Positions 30,186-42,240 of a stretch of DNA of 64,000 bases are shown here, piece after piece; within the stretch, counting starts at the first letter, position 1; the number at the start of each line of letters is the position of its first letter. The stretch is from the NCBI GenBank assembly GCA_964016885.1, contig OZ024754.1, positions 27,156,001 to 27,220,000 on the forward strand. The letters run 5' to 3'. This DNA comes from Eledone cirrhosa. Its lineage: Eukaryota. The notes beneath the pieces are model-generated. The model was not told the DNA's origin and made no database searches. It was given only the letters and a program-made list of their open reading frames with translations. The translations under genes and the position numbers were made by a program.

Positions 30186-30263
30186 TAGTCAGTTCTTAGA
30201 TATGCCAGCTCTGTGTTTATAGTGTTGATGGTATCAGAGCCTTGGGACACACACACACACACA

Positions 30264-30294
<31 letters not shown>

Positions 30295-30297
30295 TAA

Positions 30298-30367
<70 letters not shown>

Positions 30368-30584
30368 TTAGAACCCTGTAACCATTAACTCTAAGTATAA
30401 AGTACAAATAAATACTGAGCCGATTAACAATATATAGTAAGAAACACAGTAAACCGTGTGTCCAAAATTACAAGGGTTGAAAAACCACATATGCTTGAAA
30501 TATTTAACCAAGAAACAGACAGAATGACGAAATGAAAATAAAAATATATTATCAAATAATACAAACCGCCTCAATAACCATTAT

Positions 30585-30666
30585 ATCTCTCGGACAGATT
30601 ATCCCTAATCTGTTTCGCCCTGAGTGTGTTTGTAACAGATAATCCTGGGCTTCATCAGCGAGAGAT
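30585..30666 (-). ncRNA. Complete type I hammerhead ribozyme
   Basis: Inverted copy of 31014-31095 with one substitution in loop II. Confidence 0.9.
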
Positions 30667-31013
30667 TGCGATTAAATGCCACAAACACTATATGCCAACG
30701 TTCACACAGAAAGATGAATTCATCACCTCGTGCTTCGCCAGCCAAACGTGGTAAGCGCGTGTTGAACAGAAATAACAGTCAAACAACTGCTCAGTATTTG
30801 TTTGTACTTTATACTTAGAGCTTAATGGTTACAGGATTCTAATTCATATATATATATTTCGGCTCTCTTACAGGATGAGCTATTAAGTTGTGCGTGTTTG
30901 ACTGTTATTTCTGTTCAACACGCGCTTACCACGTTTGGCTGGCGAAGCACGAGGTGATGAATTCATCTTTCTGTGTGAACGTTGGCATATAGTGTTTGTG
31001 GCATTTAATCGCA

Positions 31014-31095
31014 ATCTCTCGCTGATGAAGCCCATGATTATCTGTTACAAACACACTCAGGGCGAAACAGATTAGGGATAATCTGTCCGAGAGAT
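31014..31095 (+). ncRNA. Complete type I hammerhead ribozyme
   Basis: Stem I ATCTCTCG/CGAGAGAT; CTGATGA; stem II GCCC/GGGC; GAAA; stem III ACAGATTA-GGGA-TAATCTGT; GUC cleavage after 31087. Confidence 0.93.
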
Positions 31096-31248
31096 ATAAT
31101 GGTTATTGAGGCGGTTTGTATTATTTGATAATATATTTTTATTTTCATTTCGTCATTCTGTCTGTTTCTTGGTTAAATATTTCAAGCATATGTGGTTTTT
31201 CAACCCTTGTAATTTTCGACACACGGTTTACTGTGTTTCTTACTATAT

Positions 31249-31302
<54 letters not shown>

Positions 31303-31649
31303 CTTACATACATATATATAGATACATACATATAGTTATATATAAAATGTCTTAAGAGAAGACTTGACAGAATCACTTATAGGCTTATTGATACTTGAAC
31401 TCTGTGCATACACTAATAATAAATTTAATGAGTGGTCATATAAGGACATTATATACTTAATACATTAGTCACTGAGTGGAGAGGAAATAAGTACATAAAA
31501 AACATTTAACCTTATGGTTTATTGTTTCGTAGTATTGGGTCCATAAATATACCTAAATTTATATACGTCTTTTTCTAAAGTTATATACGCATAAGCTATA
31601 TATATATATACATATATATACACACACACACATATATATATACACACAC

Positions 31650-31869
<220 letters not shown>

Positions 31870-32138
31870 TCACCTGCCCGAAGGCTACTAGAGTTGAGAG
31901 GTGGTAAAGATTCGCCAAGTAAAGTATGCCTCCCCCTACTCCCTTAGTTAACTAGCAGGAAAGGTTTGTTAAAGATAACTTCACTGAGAGACGGGGAAGC
32001 ATTGGAGGAACAATTTGTTGCTTTTGTTCGTCTCAAAAACATAAACACTCTTTTTCCTCTGTTTTTTTTGGGTTTTTTTTTGCTTGTTTCCTTAAAGTTT
32101 ACCATCATTCGGTTGGTATACATCTATTACGCAATTTA

Positions 32139-32194
32139 CACCTGAAGATGTCACCGGGTTCTTACGCAACCTGTCCACTGAAATGTGCATTGTG
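32139..32194 (+). ncRNA. Minimal HHR (CUGAAGA)
   Basis: CAC-CTGAAGA...GAAA-TGTGCAT-T-GTG; same family as 5411 and 38394. Confidence 0.65.
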
Positions 32195-32538
32195 ATTGCC
32201 GAAATAAATAATTAAAGAAATTCAACATATTTGGCCTCCTTTCATTTCACTTTTAAAAAAAAGTATATATATAAATCACGTAAAATGATGATGATGATGA
32301 TGATATGTATATATCGAATGTAGAAAAGTAACACACGAGTTGATATATATAAAAACAAATAGTAGAAAGGAAAAAGATTTTTTTCAGTAGAAAATGAGAT
32401 TCTTTCAGTGTAATATCAACACATGTATTTATTTATAAAGAGGATATTTCCGCATGTAATAATGGTACCGGTTCCATCATTATATACATTGTCAACTGCG
32501 GATATACATAATATGGTTAAGTTCCATATTTATACAAA

Positions 32539-32724
32539 TAATTGTTTCTACTTTTGGCACAAGGCCAGCAATTACCAGTACATTGCTGGTACTTTATTTT
32601 ATCGACCCGTAAGGATGAATGGCAAAGTTAACCTCGGCGGGATTTGAACTCAGACCGTAAAGGAACGTAACTATGCTAGAAAGCATGGCATCCAACCCTC
32701 TACCGATACTGCCAATCCACCGCC
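32539..32724 (-). mobile_element. Full-length SINE family A
   Basis: A/B boxes; TATTTATACAAATAAT target-site duplication. Confidence 0.92.
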
Positions 32725-33597
32725 CTTATTTATACAAATAATAATAATAAAAAGTGGAAGAAAAATTATTAATGTTTACATACATATTTTGAGAGGAGAA
32801 TTCATATATCTGTCCGTGTTTGTCCTTCTTTCTCTGTTAGTTGGCTGACAGAAGTAGTAGTTTATATTTTTTGGTTTTGACTGGTAGTAGTTGGGGGAGG
32901 AGAGTGAGAAGGAGGGGAGAGGGGAAGAAGAATAGGTGGGGCAGAAGTCTGTTGTGGTGAAAGCCACTCTCAGAAATTGCAACAATGGCGAGCTGGGATT
33001 GGTTTGGATGACCTTGTTTCTAAAAATATCTATCTTGGTATTTTATCTTAGAAGAAATCATCAAAATTAACTTTGTGATTTTGTCACAAAAATGATTCAG
33101 AGTTACTGAAATACTAATTCCATCTTTAACAGAAACTGCCAGATTCGGTGGAGTGGAGAACATTTTGCCACATAAAGGATTCAGAGTTACTGAATACCAA
33201 TTCTATCTTCAGCAGAGACTTCCAGATTCAGGGGAATGGAGAAAAGGGGTTTCATCGATTCTATTACGGGAAAGCAACCAACCAACTATATTGTGGGCCC
33301 ATGAAGGATGAGAAAGAAGGATGACATTGGTGGGATTCAAAGCCAAAACGTATTGGGTTGTACATATTGTAAAGCATTTATTTTGACACCTTAATGCTCC
33401 TATTTATTCGATTATCTCGTGAAAGTCTTCAAGGACTAGCTTTAGTTTAGTCTGAAGTGGATGCATTTAGAAGGGGTTCGTATTCGGCGATAAAGTGTGA
33501 TTCCCTGCTAATGCGTTGGATGTAGGAAGCGTTGTCTTTAAATTTGAAGAGGGAAAACATTCTGAAATTGGGTTGTTCATTAGATGTGCAGGTCGCA

Positions 33598-33635
<38 letters not shown>

Positions 33636-33641
<6 letters not shown>

Positions 33642-33945
33642 GGATTACAAAGGAGAATACATACTGTTAGAACATGTTTATACAAAAGAACCTACGTACG
33701 TTTCGCCAGAACAGGACTTCTCAAGGGCATACAGGTCTAGAGGGTGTTCAGTACAGAACCCAGAAGGGGTTTTAAAGTGACAGTCACATCAAAGTTCATT
33801 CTTGATTCAAACAGACATGTTGTTATTGTCATCGAGAAAGGGGAGTAACTCTGCCCTTGAGAAGCCCTGTTCGGTCGAAACGTACGTAGGTGCTTTTGTA
33901 TAAACATGTTCTAACAGTATGTATTCTCCTTTGTAATCCTTTCAT
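33636..33945. mobile_element. Inverted repeat with paired CUUGAGA-core HHR-like motifs (33690-33728 -, 33853-33891 +)
   Basis: Arms 33636-33729 and 33852-33945; GCC-CTTGAGA...GAAA-CGTACGT-A-GGT. Confidence 0.7.
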
Positions 33946-34107
33946 TTGTAACCGCTCTGCTTATATTCTCGCCCGCTAAATATTAACGCTTCCGATATTA
34001 AACCCTGTAGGCACAAGTATTGTGCACAAATGCACCAGCTTTTGGCAATTAACTATATGTATCGCTTATCCCTTCAAACCTCTACTCTCTCACGATACGA
34101 AAATACT

Positions 34108-34141
<34 letters not shown>

Positions 34142-34369
34142 CTATCTATATATATATAGGAAAAGAGTTTGTACCCCGACGGCTCAGCTCCGGCCGTTTC
34201 GACATCCATATGTGTGTGTGTATGTATACATAAATATATGTATATATATATATGTGTGTGTGTATGTGTGTGTGTATGTGTGTGTGCGTGTAACTGTGTA
34301 TATATGCGTGTGTGTGTACGTGTGTGTACGCAAAAGAAAATATTTATACATACATCTAAAAGTCTAAAG

Positions 34370-34641
34370 TCTGTCTTAAGCCAAAAGGCTCATTTGGCCG
34401 GTGCTTATCCCGGTTTCATGGCGTGAAGCGACTGAGAGTACAAGACTCCCCCCTGGACAGGACGCCAGTCCATCGCAGGGTTAAACCTCCAGCTATTGCT
34501 GGTACTCATTTTCAACTAAGTATACTGGAGCAACGTGAAATGAAGTGTTTTGCTCAAGAACACAACACGCAACCCAGGAATCGAACCCACGACATTATGA
34601 TCCTAAGTCCAACACACTTACCACTAGGCCACGTGCCTCCA
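34370..34641 (-). mobile_element. SINE family B, near full-length
   Basis: Minus head TGGAGGCACGTGGCCTAGTGG...GGTTCGATTCC (A/B boxes). Confidence 0.88.
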
Positions 34642-35017
34642 CTAATACAAACATAGGATATACTTTTATACTACGTATATTTTGAAGTAGTATTTATTGT
34701 TAATATTTACTGTTCATATATAAATTTCACCGATACTACATTCTTCCGAAAACAAATGTTATTGAGAATGAATTTAACCCAGTAGAATATATCAATACGA
34801 GAAAAGGATTAGGGTATTAGAAAAGCCGTTATGTAGAATATATGAATAAAGAACATTGAAAATATGGAACTTGGAATTGGGAGTCCGGCTTTAATATATG
34901 TACAGAAATTACTGAGGCGAATGAGTGAAGGAAGTATTTCCCAGGTGGTTATTTAGCCGTGTAGTAAATACTATTGAATTACATCTTAAAGTTAAAGATC
35001 ACCCTTAAAACAATTAA

Positions 35018-35736
35018 CAATTGTTTCTACTTTTGGCACAAGGCCAGCAATTACCCAGTACATTACTGGTACTTTATTTTATCGACCCCATAAGGATGAA
35101 AGGCAAAGTTAACCTTGGCGGGATTTGAACTCAGACCATAAAGGGCTGTAACTCTTTGCTGCAAAGCATGGCGTCCGAGCCTCTACCGATATTGCCAATT
35201 CACCACCCTTAAAACAACTAATAATGATGCTAACTCTTATAAATTCATGAATTATGTTATTTTGAAACATCCTTCATAAAAACTTGCTAATTTTTAACCA
35301 GTCGTTTTATATATTAATAAATTGCGTTATTCCAAATATCTAACTTATAAATAAGAAGACGTACACATGTATATGTTATGTAATGCATAAATAGATTACA
35401 AGTATACCTGTATATATATATATCTATGTATTAATCTTTTCGCTTCTATATTTCTAATGAAAATCAATACCTATGATTTTCAATAAATTTGGAAACATTG
35501 AAGCATTTGAATGGATTTAGTAATATAATTTCATCCGTCATTATTCTTACATGGATTGGCAGTATCAGTAGATGGTCGGACATCATGCTTTCTAGCAAAG
35601 AGTTACGGCCCTTTATGATCTGAGTTCAAATCCCGCAGAGGTTAACTTTGCCTTTCATCCTTACGAGGTCGATAAAATAAAGTACCAGTAATGTACTGGG
35701 TATTTGCTGGCCTTGTGCCAAAAGTAGAAACAATTA
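35018..35736. mobile_element. Two SINE family A copies in opposite orientation (35018-35207 -, 35551-35736 +)
   Basis: Both match the family consensus; the first has a CTTAAAACAA target duplication. Confidence 0.9.
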
Positions 35737-35782
35737 TTCTTACATAAAATTATGATTCAAGTTGTTCAAATAACATAAACAT

Positions 35783-36003
35783 TTAAAACCTTTCGTTACC
35801 ATATTTCAAATAAATAGTAGTGCCTATGATTTTGAAATAATTTTGAAAATACACGTGTATTTCGAGAGATTCTGCAATATAACTAACTTTATCATTATCA
35901 ACTTGTTTGGAATAAAACTTAACAAAGTTTCTTTTATAAGATTATAAAAGAAGCCTTTTAGATAGATATAAACACTTTAAAACGGGAGCGGTTTCAGGGT
36001 TAA
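35783..36003. mobile_element. Short MITE-like element with TTAA ends (piggyBac-like termini)
   Basis: TTAAAACCTTTCGTTACC...GGAGCGGTTTCAGGGTTAA; related end at 20896-20940. Confidence 0.5.
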
Positions 36004-36440
36004 TGAACTACTAGTTTTACTTTAAATCAAGCTGGAAATATTGCCTTCCATGAGACAAATATAATATAAAATAATATATACACGCATCTGAGCTATAAAC
36101 CATAATTTTTCTGTCACCAAGATTTATATTTCGTATCGTTTGCTTTCATTTTGGACGGAAATGTGCTAATGAGATATTTAAATATTTCTTTGAGTTCCTG
36201 TAACATGACATATTCTAATTAGTAGAAATGGTTGTAGGAATTCTATGAATCGAAAAACGGTGATCGTGCAGCCTAAGAAGCCCAGTTTAGATAGGTAAAG
36301 GCGAATTGATAATATTTTTACTCTTTTTATAAGTAATAAATATGGTGATTAACTATATGTCAATATATATCTATCTATTTATCTCTCTCTCTGTCTATCT
36401 GACGAACAATTTATCTATCTAGCTATCTATAGATACATAC

Positions 36441-36471
<31 letters not shown>

Positions 36472-36476
36472 CATAC

Positions 36477-36570
<94 letters not shown>

Positions 36571-36912
36571 ACACACATACATACTTATATGTATCTATAA
36601 ATATATAGCTAGGTCGGTAGATAGATAGATGAACAGATATAAAGATACAGTACTTTATTATGTTTTATTTCCTATAGAAATATATATATTTATGCTGATG
36701 TCACATCTTGTGTATTTGTATATAACTGTATTTGTATATACGTATATTACTATTTACGTCTTCTCGTCTAACAACAAAGGTCATTATGAAAGGTGGTGAA
36801 ATATTGCTCCAACGCTTTTAAATAATCTCCGTCAGACTTTCAATACATCATAAATAATACAATATACAATCAAGTAACATTAATCTTACTACATGTATAT
36901 ATTGTCACCTCC

Positions 36913-36989
<77 letters not shown>

Positions 36990-37021
36990 TAAAATAACAG
37001 ATTAAAGTTGATATATATATA

Positions 37022-37801
37022 TGAATTAAAATGAAGAATTAGAAATAGGACTATCCATCATCAGTGATCTACTAGCCATCATAGGTATTTATTCGCTAGC
37101 GCGAACAATAACTAAAATAAGTTATTGGGATAAAAAGAATTGGGTGGAGAAAGAGAGACAGGTATACAAACATGAATGGTGAGGCAACGTAAAGAGAGGA
37201 AAAAATGTGAAAATCAAGTCAATGATTCATTTGAATATAAGAACTTACGAATATTGACGAGAAGACGAGAGACACATCCCAAGCATGCGAAAGTAAGCGA
37301 GGAAAGAATTACGTATGGTGTGGGGCGACGGAGGAAGTGAGAGAGAAGGTGAGTAGCAGAGAGTGAGTGAGTGAAAGTGTGAGGAAGAGGCTAGCCGAGA
37401 GAGGGTCACTAGCAGAGGGGGTGAATGAAAGTAAGAGGGAGAAGGAGGTCCCATACCATGCTTAATTCTTTCCTCGCTTACTTTCGCATGCTTGGGATGT
37501 GTCTCTCGTCTTCTCGTCAATATTCGTAAGTTCTTATGTTCAAATGAATCATTGACTTGATTTTCTCATTTTTTCCTCTCTTTACGCTGCCTCACCATTC
37601 ATGTTTGTTCACCTGTCTCTCTTTCTCCACCCAATTCCTTTTATCCCAATAACTTAGTTTAGTTATTGTTCGCGCTAGCCTGATGTATCTGGTCTTTAAT
37701 GCGAAGAAATACCTATGATGGCTAGTAGATCACTGATGATGGATAGTCCTAATTCTAATTCTTCATTTTAATTTGTATAACACAGCACGCTATTTTTCAT
37801 T

Positions 37802-37805
<4 letters not shown>
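37022..37805. mobile_element. Inverted-repeat insertion in (TA)n (arms ~37024-37311 and 37463-37773)
   Basis: About 290 bp reverse-complement arms around a GA-rich spacer; homologous to 41.1-41.63 kb. Confidence 0.85.
37647..37760 (+). ncRNA. Candidate permuted/pseudoknotted hammerhead ribozyme, copy 2
   Basis: GTAT-C-TGGTCT ... GAAA-TAC ... AGATCA-CTGATGA; AUC site at 37689. Confidence 0.6.
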
Positions 37806-37866
<61 letters not shown>

Positions 37867-37948
37867 GTTGCAAATGACCTCCACCCACATCAATCACCAC
37901 CTTCTCCTACCACCAGAAAAAATACAAATACCACCATATTACTTGAAA

Positions 37949-37991
37949 TCCTGATGATTTCTCCCGAATGAAACAGTTCTAGTCCTGTAGA
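37949..37991 (+). ncRNA. HHR-like motif with weak stem I
   Basis: TC-CTGATGA-TTTC TCCC GAAT-GAAA-CAG..CTGT-A-GA. Confidence 0.5.
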
Positions 37992-38004
37992 AGCCTTTTC
38001 TATA

Positions 38005-38055
<51 letters not shown>

Positions 38056-38058
<3 letters not shown>

Positions 38059-38620
38059 TAATGAAATGACAGGAGGCTGGACTTGTGTAAATCCTTGAAA
38101 GGTTTATTATACTATGATCATTTCAATGACGGGGTTCCGTATGAATCCGGTGATATCATTAGGTATTCGAAATATAATAAGTGAATGTAATAGATAAAAT
38201 CGATGGGGCTGATAATCAAAGACCCGAGGACGACCGCCATCCAGCATCTTCCACCTTTGCCGGTCGCCCTCAAGTAACGTGGCTAAAGCTTACAGTGTGC
38301 TACTACCGGTCAAATAAAGGAAAACAGATAGGGATAGGAACATAAGTCAGCGTTAATATCATGCCACAAGAAAAAAGAAAGAATATATTTCGAATACCTG
38401 ATGATATCACCGGATTCATACGGAACCCGGTCATTGAAATGATCATAGTATAATAAACCAAGTCCAGCCTCCTGTCATTTCATTATAATATTTAACTCCG
38501 TACTAGCACCACCAACTACAAAAACAAAGACGGTTGAACTGCTTTACGTTCAGTACTCTCCATATTATTACATTAAGATTGACCATACGGAATTGACCAG
38601 CTCTATCCAGTGGTGAACCT
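38056..38620. mobile_element. PLE-type inverted repeat (38056-38176 and 38384-38488) between (TA)n tracts
   Basis: Reverse-complement arms, each with an HHR motif. Confidence 0.8.
38394..38451 (+). ncRNA. Minimal type I HHR
   Basis: ATAC-CTGATGA-..ACCGG...CCGGT..-GAAA-TGATCAT-A-GTAT; palindromic stem III; the inverted copy at 38109-38166 has CTAATGA. Confidence 0.82.
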
Positions 38621-38896
38621 CAAACCTGAATAAATATATATATATATATACATACATCATATATATATATATATATATAGTAGTAGGCAGGCCGCTGTCT
38701 TATTAACAACTCGCTTTCCACTGATTGACCTCGATGTCACGTGATTGATTCTTTTTGAATTTGCCACAGACGTAGAGGCAGTGATTTTCTCAATGGCTAG
38801 GATTTCAGTCCACGCTTCGCTATTTCCTTTCCACTGAATTATTTTTTAATAAGTTTCCAGAGTCCTCGCTATGCCTAGAAACTTACATGAAAATAG

Positions 38897-38978
38897 ACTT
38901 TCCTGACGACGGAATGCTTTTCAATATGTTCTTCGGAAAATATATTTACTCCATTCCAGAAACTAATTAGTTGGAAGT
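38897..38978 (+). ncRNA. Type I HHR with extended stem II
   Basis: ACTTTC-CTGACGA-C GGAATG...CATTCC A-GAAA-CTAATTAGT-T-GGAAGT. Confidence 0.75.
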
Positions 38979-39043
38979 GATATTTTAGTAAGTAAGTCAA
39001 TTTTATAAATTTTTTTATAATTTTATAATTTTCTTATCTTACG

Positions 39044-39123
<80 letters not shown>

Positions 39124-39124
<1 letters not shown>

Positions 39125-39427
39125 ACGGCGATAAATAAAAATGGCGTAGATACTACAATACATACAATACAGCAGGGGAAACATGATAATAGTACCACTG
39201 ATGATGTTGCAGATGTGCAACGAAAGAACTTTGTTAGACTATATATATGTATTTGTATCTGTATTTTTGACCGTTGGTCTGTCAGTGATAAACATTGATG
39301 GCCAAATGAATTAACTGTGGAGATATAAAAGATACAGAAGCGAAAACCAACCAAACAGTGAGTGTGAACTGTTATTTTCTCTGGCAATATTATTACAACA
39401 ATATGACTCTCCCCAAATATAACAATA
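39124..39427 (+). mobile_element. PLE terminal-repeat fragment with HHR (39194-39235)
   Basis: Reverse complement of ~19537-19820; flanked by (TA)n. Confidence 0.75.
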
Positions 39428-39671
39428 TATATATATATATATATATTGTTATATATTAATTATTAATTTATTGATATTTTATTTGAGTGACCCGAATCTT
39501 CCTGGTCGTTCTTTTTCGGCTGCACGGGTGATTTTAGGCATGATCTCTATGTGTTGGTATTTTAACGATAGTTATAGCTCTGATTTATCCAAATTATTGA
39601 GCCCTCTGCCACACATGTCGGATATTGTTTATCGTGATTTCGTCGGCTGATATTCCGATTCTCGATTATTC

Positions 39672-39861
<190 letters not shown>

Positions 39862-40226
39862 GTGTGTGTGTGTCTGCGTGTATGCGCGTGTGTGTGCGTA
39901 TTTGTTTCTGGATATTTGCCATCGTTAACGTCTCCAAAATATCATATCAAACACAATCTATATACAGTATAGATATGAAATCTCTCATTTGTATGAAATT
40001 ATCCGGAAGGATTTCATACGAATGAAACTGTCGAAATCATTTCTATATATAATAAATATGCTTATAACGTGTTATTTTACTTATTAAGTACATAATATAA
40101 CTGATTTTTTCATCGATCCCCATCGCAATAGCTTTCTTAAACGCACACACACACATACATTTATATATATATTTATATCACAAAAAAAAAAGAGAATCAG
40201 TGTTGCGACGAATGGAATTTATTGGA

Positions 40227-40318
40227 CATATTACAATCGTTTCTCTGGCGACCAGCTGGAGGCACGATCGATGTGATGATCGATCCTGACTCTGAAAATA
40301 GCAAGGTCCTCAGATACG
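40227..40318 (-). ncRNA. HHR with long branched stem II
   Basis: Minus: CGTAT-CTGAGGA-(~60 nt)-GAAA-CGATTGT-A-ATATG; a similar degenerate motif (GATA in place of GAAA) lies at 40858-40945 (+). Confidence 0.6.
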
Positions 40319-40342
40319 CCTTGATTCTACGAAGCAGATTTT

Positions 40343-40402
<60 letters not shown>

Positions 40403-40979
40403 TATGTATGTATGTATACGTACATACATATATGTATACAGACGTACACTAGTATGTATATATATACATACATGCACACGTATATATGCACGTATCGGTT
40501 TACTGAACATTTATTATAATGTTTGGTTTGTTTGTTTATATGTGTGCATGTATATATATATATATACATACTACTGTACGTCTGTATACATATATGTATG
40601 TACGTATACATACATAAATACTTACATTTAAGTAAGTGCCGTACTAAGAGTGAGAAATGAAATTTCGTTTCATTCTATTCTATATATATATATATATACA
40701 CATGTGCTATTTAAGTGAGTTACTTATGGTTACTAGCGGCGACGCTGCTCGAAGGACTCGACGCTGCTACGGTCTCGTTGGGTTGTGCTCCAAGTTTAAG
40801 GCGGCTGTAGTTTGCAGAGTGTATATAACCTTTGAATTGGACCACCCGTGTAAACTCGCATAACTGAGGAGGTTTCGATTACGAGTCGAGATCCGATCGC
40901 CTGATCAAACTCGAACTGATCGATATCGATACAGTTGTAATATGCAATAAAGTTTGATAACAAACTGCAAATATAACTT

Positions 40980-41084
<105 letters not shown>

Positions 41085-41470
41085 CATCGGCTCTCTCTCT
41101 CTATATATATATATTTACCTCGGCTGCGTTTGTCTGTTTCTCTCTTACTGCTTCCCCGTTCTCTCTGTTTCTCTCACCCTCTTTCGCCCCCTCTGTCAGT
41201 TACACTTTCTCTCGACTGACCGCTTCCTCGCACTTCCACTCACTCACTCTCTGTTACTCCCCTTCTCATTTCCCCCCGTTTGGCTTACAGTGGGTTTCTT
41301 CTTGCTTACATCTCACTCACGTCGGGCGCCTGTACCTTTCGCTCATGAAATTCATCCAGCTTATGCTGACCAGGACAACCATGTTGCTTGTTTTTTTTCC
41401 TTTCTTTGGTTTGCTTTTATCTTTCTATGTTGTTCACTTGCCCCCCACGCTTTACGCGATTTACTGGTCC

Positions 41471-41580
41471 CAATAACTTTTTTTAGTTATTGCTCGCACC
41501 AACCTGAGGTATATGATTTTTAATGCGATGAAATACCAATGATGGTTGGAAAATCACTGACGAAGGACTATTTTTATCCT
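41471..41580 (+). ncRNA. Candidate permuted/pseudoknotted hammerhead ribozyme, copy 3
   Basis: GGTAT-A-TGATTTT ... GAAA-TACC ... AAAATCA-CTGACGA; AUA site at 41513. Confidence 0.62.
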
Positions 41581-41622
41581 ATGTAACCCATGTGCAACCA
41601 CGCAGTATTCTTCTTTCTTCTC

Positions 41623-41672
<50 letters not shown>

Positions 41673-41902
41673 CCTTTAATTTAAATGTCTAACCTTGTCA
41701 GTGTTTTATAGAGCTGATTCGGGTTTGGAATTGTGTTAAGGGTACACGTGTTTGTGGAATACACAAACACTTAGACTCTATTACAAGATTAACTCTACCT
41801 ATAAGTTCAACCTTGCCACAAATTGTGTTATGCAATTTACGTTACATGTTTCTGTTGTATAGTCAATCCCTCTCTCTCTCTCTGGCTCGCTTTTTCGCTC
41901 TT

Positions 41903-41963
<61 letters not shown>

Positions 41964-41985
41964 CTCTCCCTCGTTCATCCCATCC

Positions 41986-42240
41986 TCATATCTGAGGGTC
42001 GGGAGTCATGTACTTATGGACCAGCACTCTCCATCTTTTCCTGTTTCTCGCCATTACTGTACATTCCGCCAAACTCCTTCCTGTCCATTCCTTAATATTA
42101 TCTGTCCATCTCCTTTTCTGCCATCCTCTGGCCCTTATTCCTTGTATTCGTCCCTCAAGGATGTGGGTAGTTAAATTTTGGGCTCTGATGACATGACCAA
42201 AATACTGAAGTTTCCTTTTCCTTACTGTTTCAAACAACTG
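41986..42240 (-). pseudogene. RTE-clade LINE RT C-terminal fragment
   Basis: RKRKLQYFGHVIRAQNL..ILEGRIQG.RARGWQKRRWTDNIKEWTG..R.RWR. Confidence 0.9.

Larger units (their letters stand above)
30362..31252. mobile_element. PLE-type nested inverted-repeat insertion in (TA)n
   Basis: 30427-30785 is inverted relative to 30896-31252, and 30362-30420 is inverted relative to 30789-30848. Confidence 0.85.
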
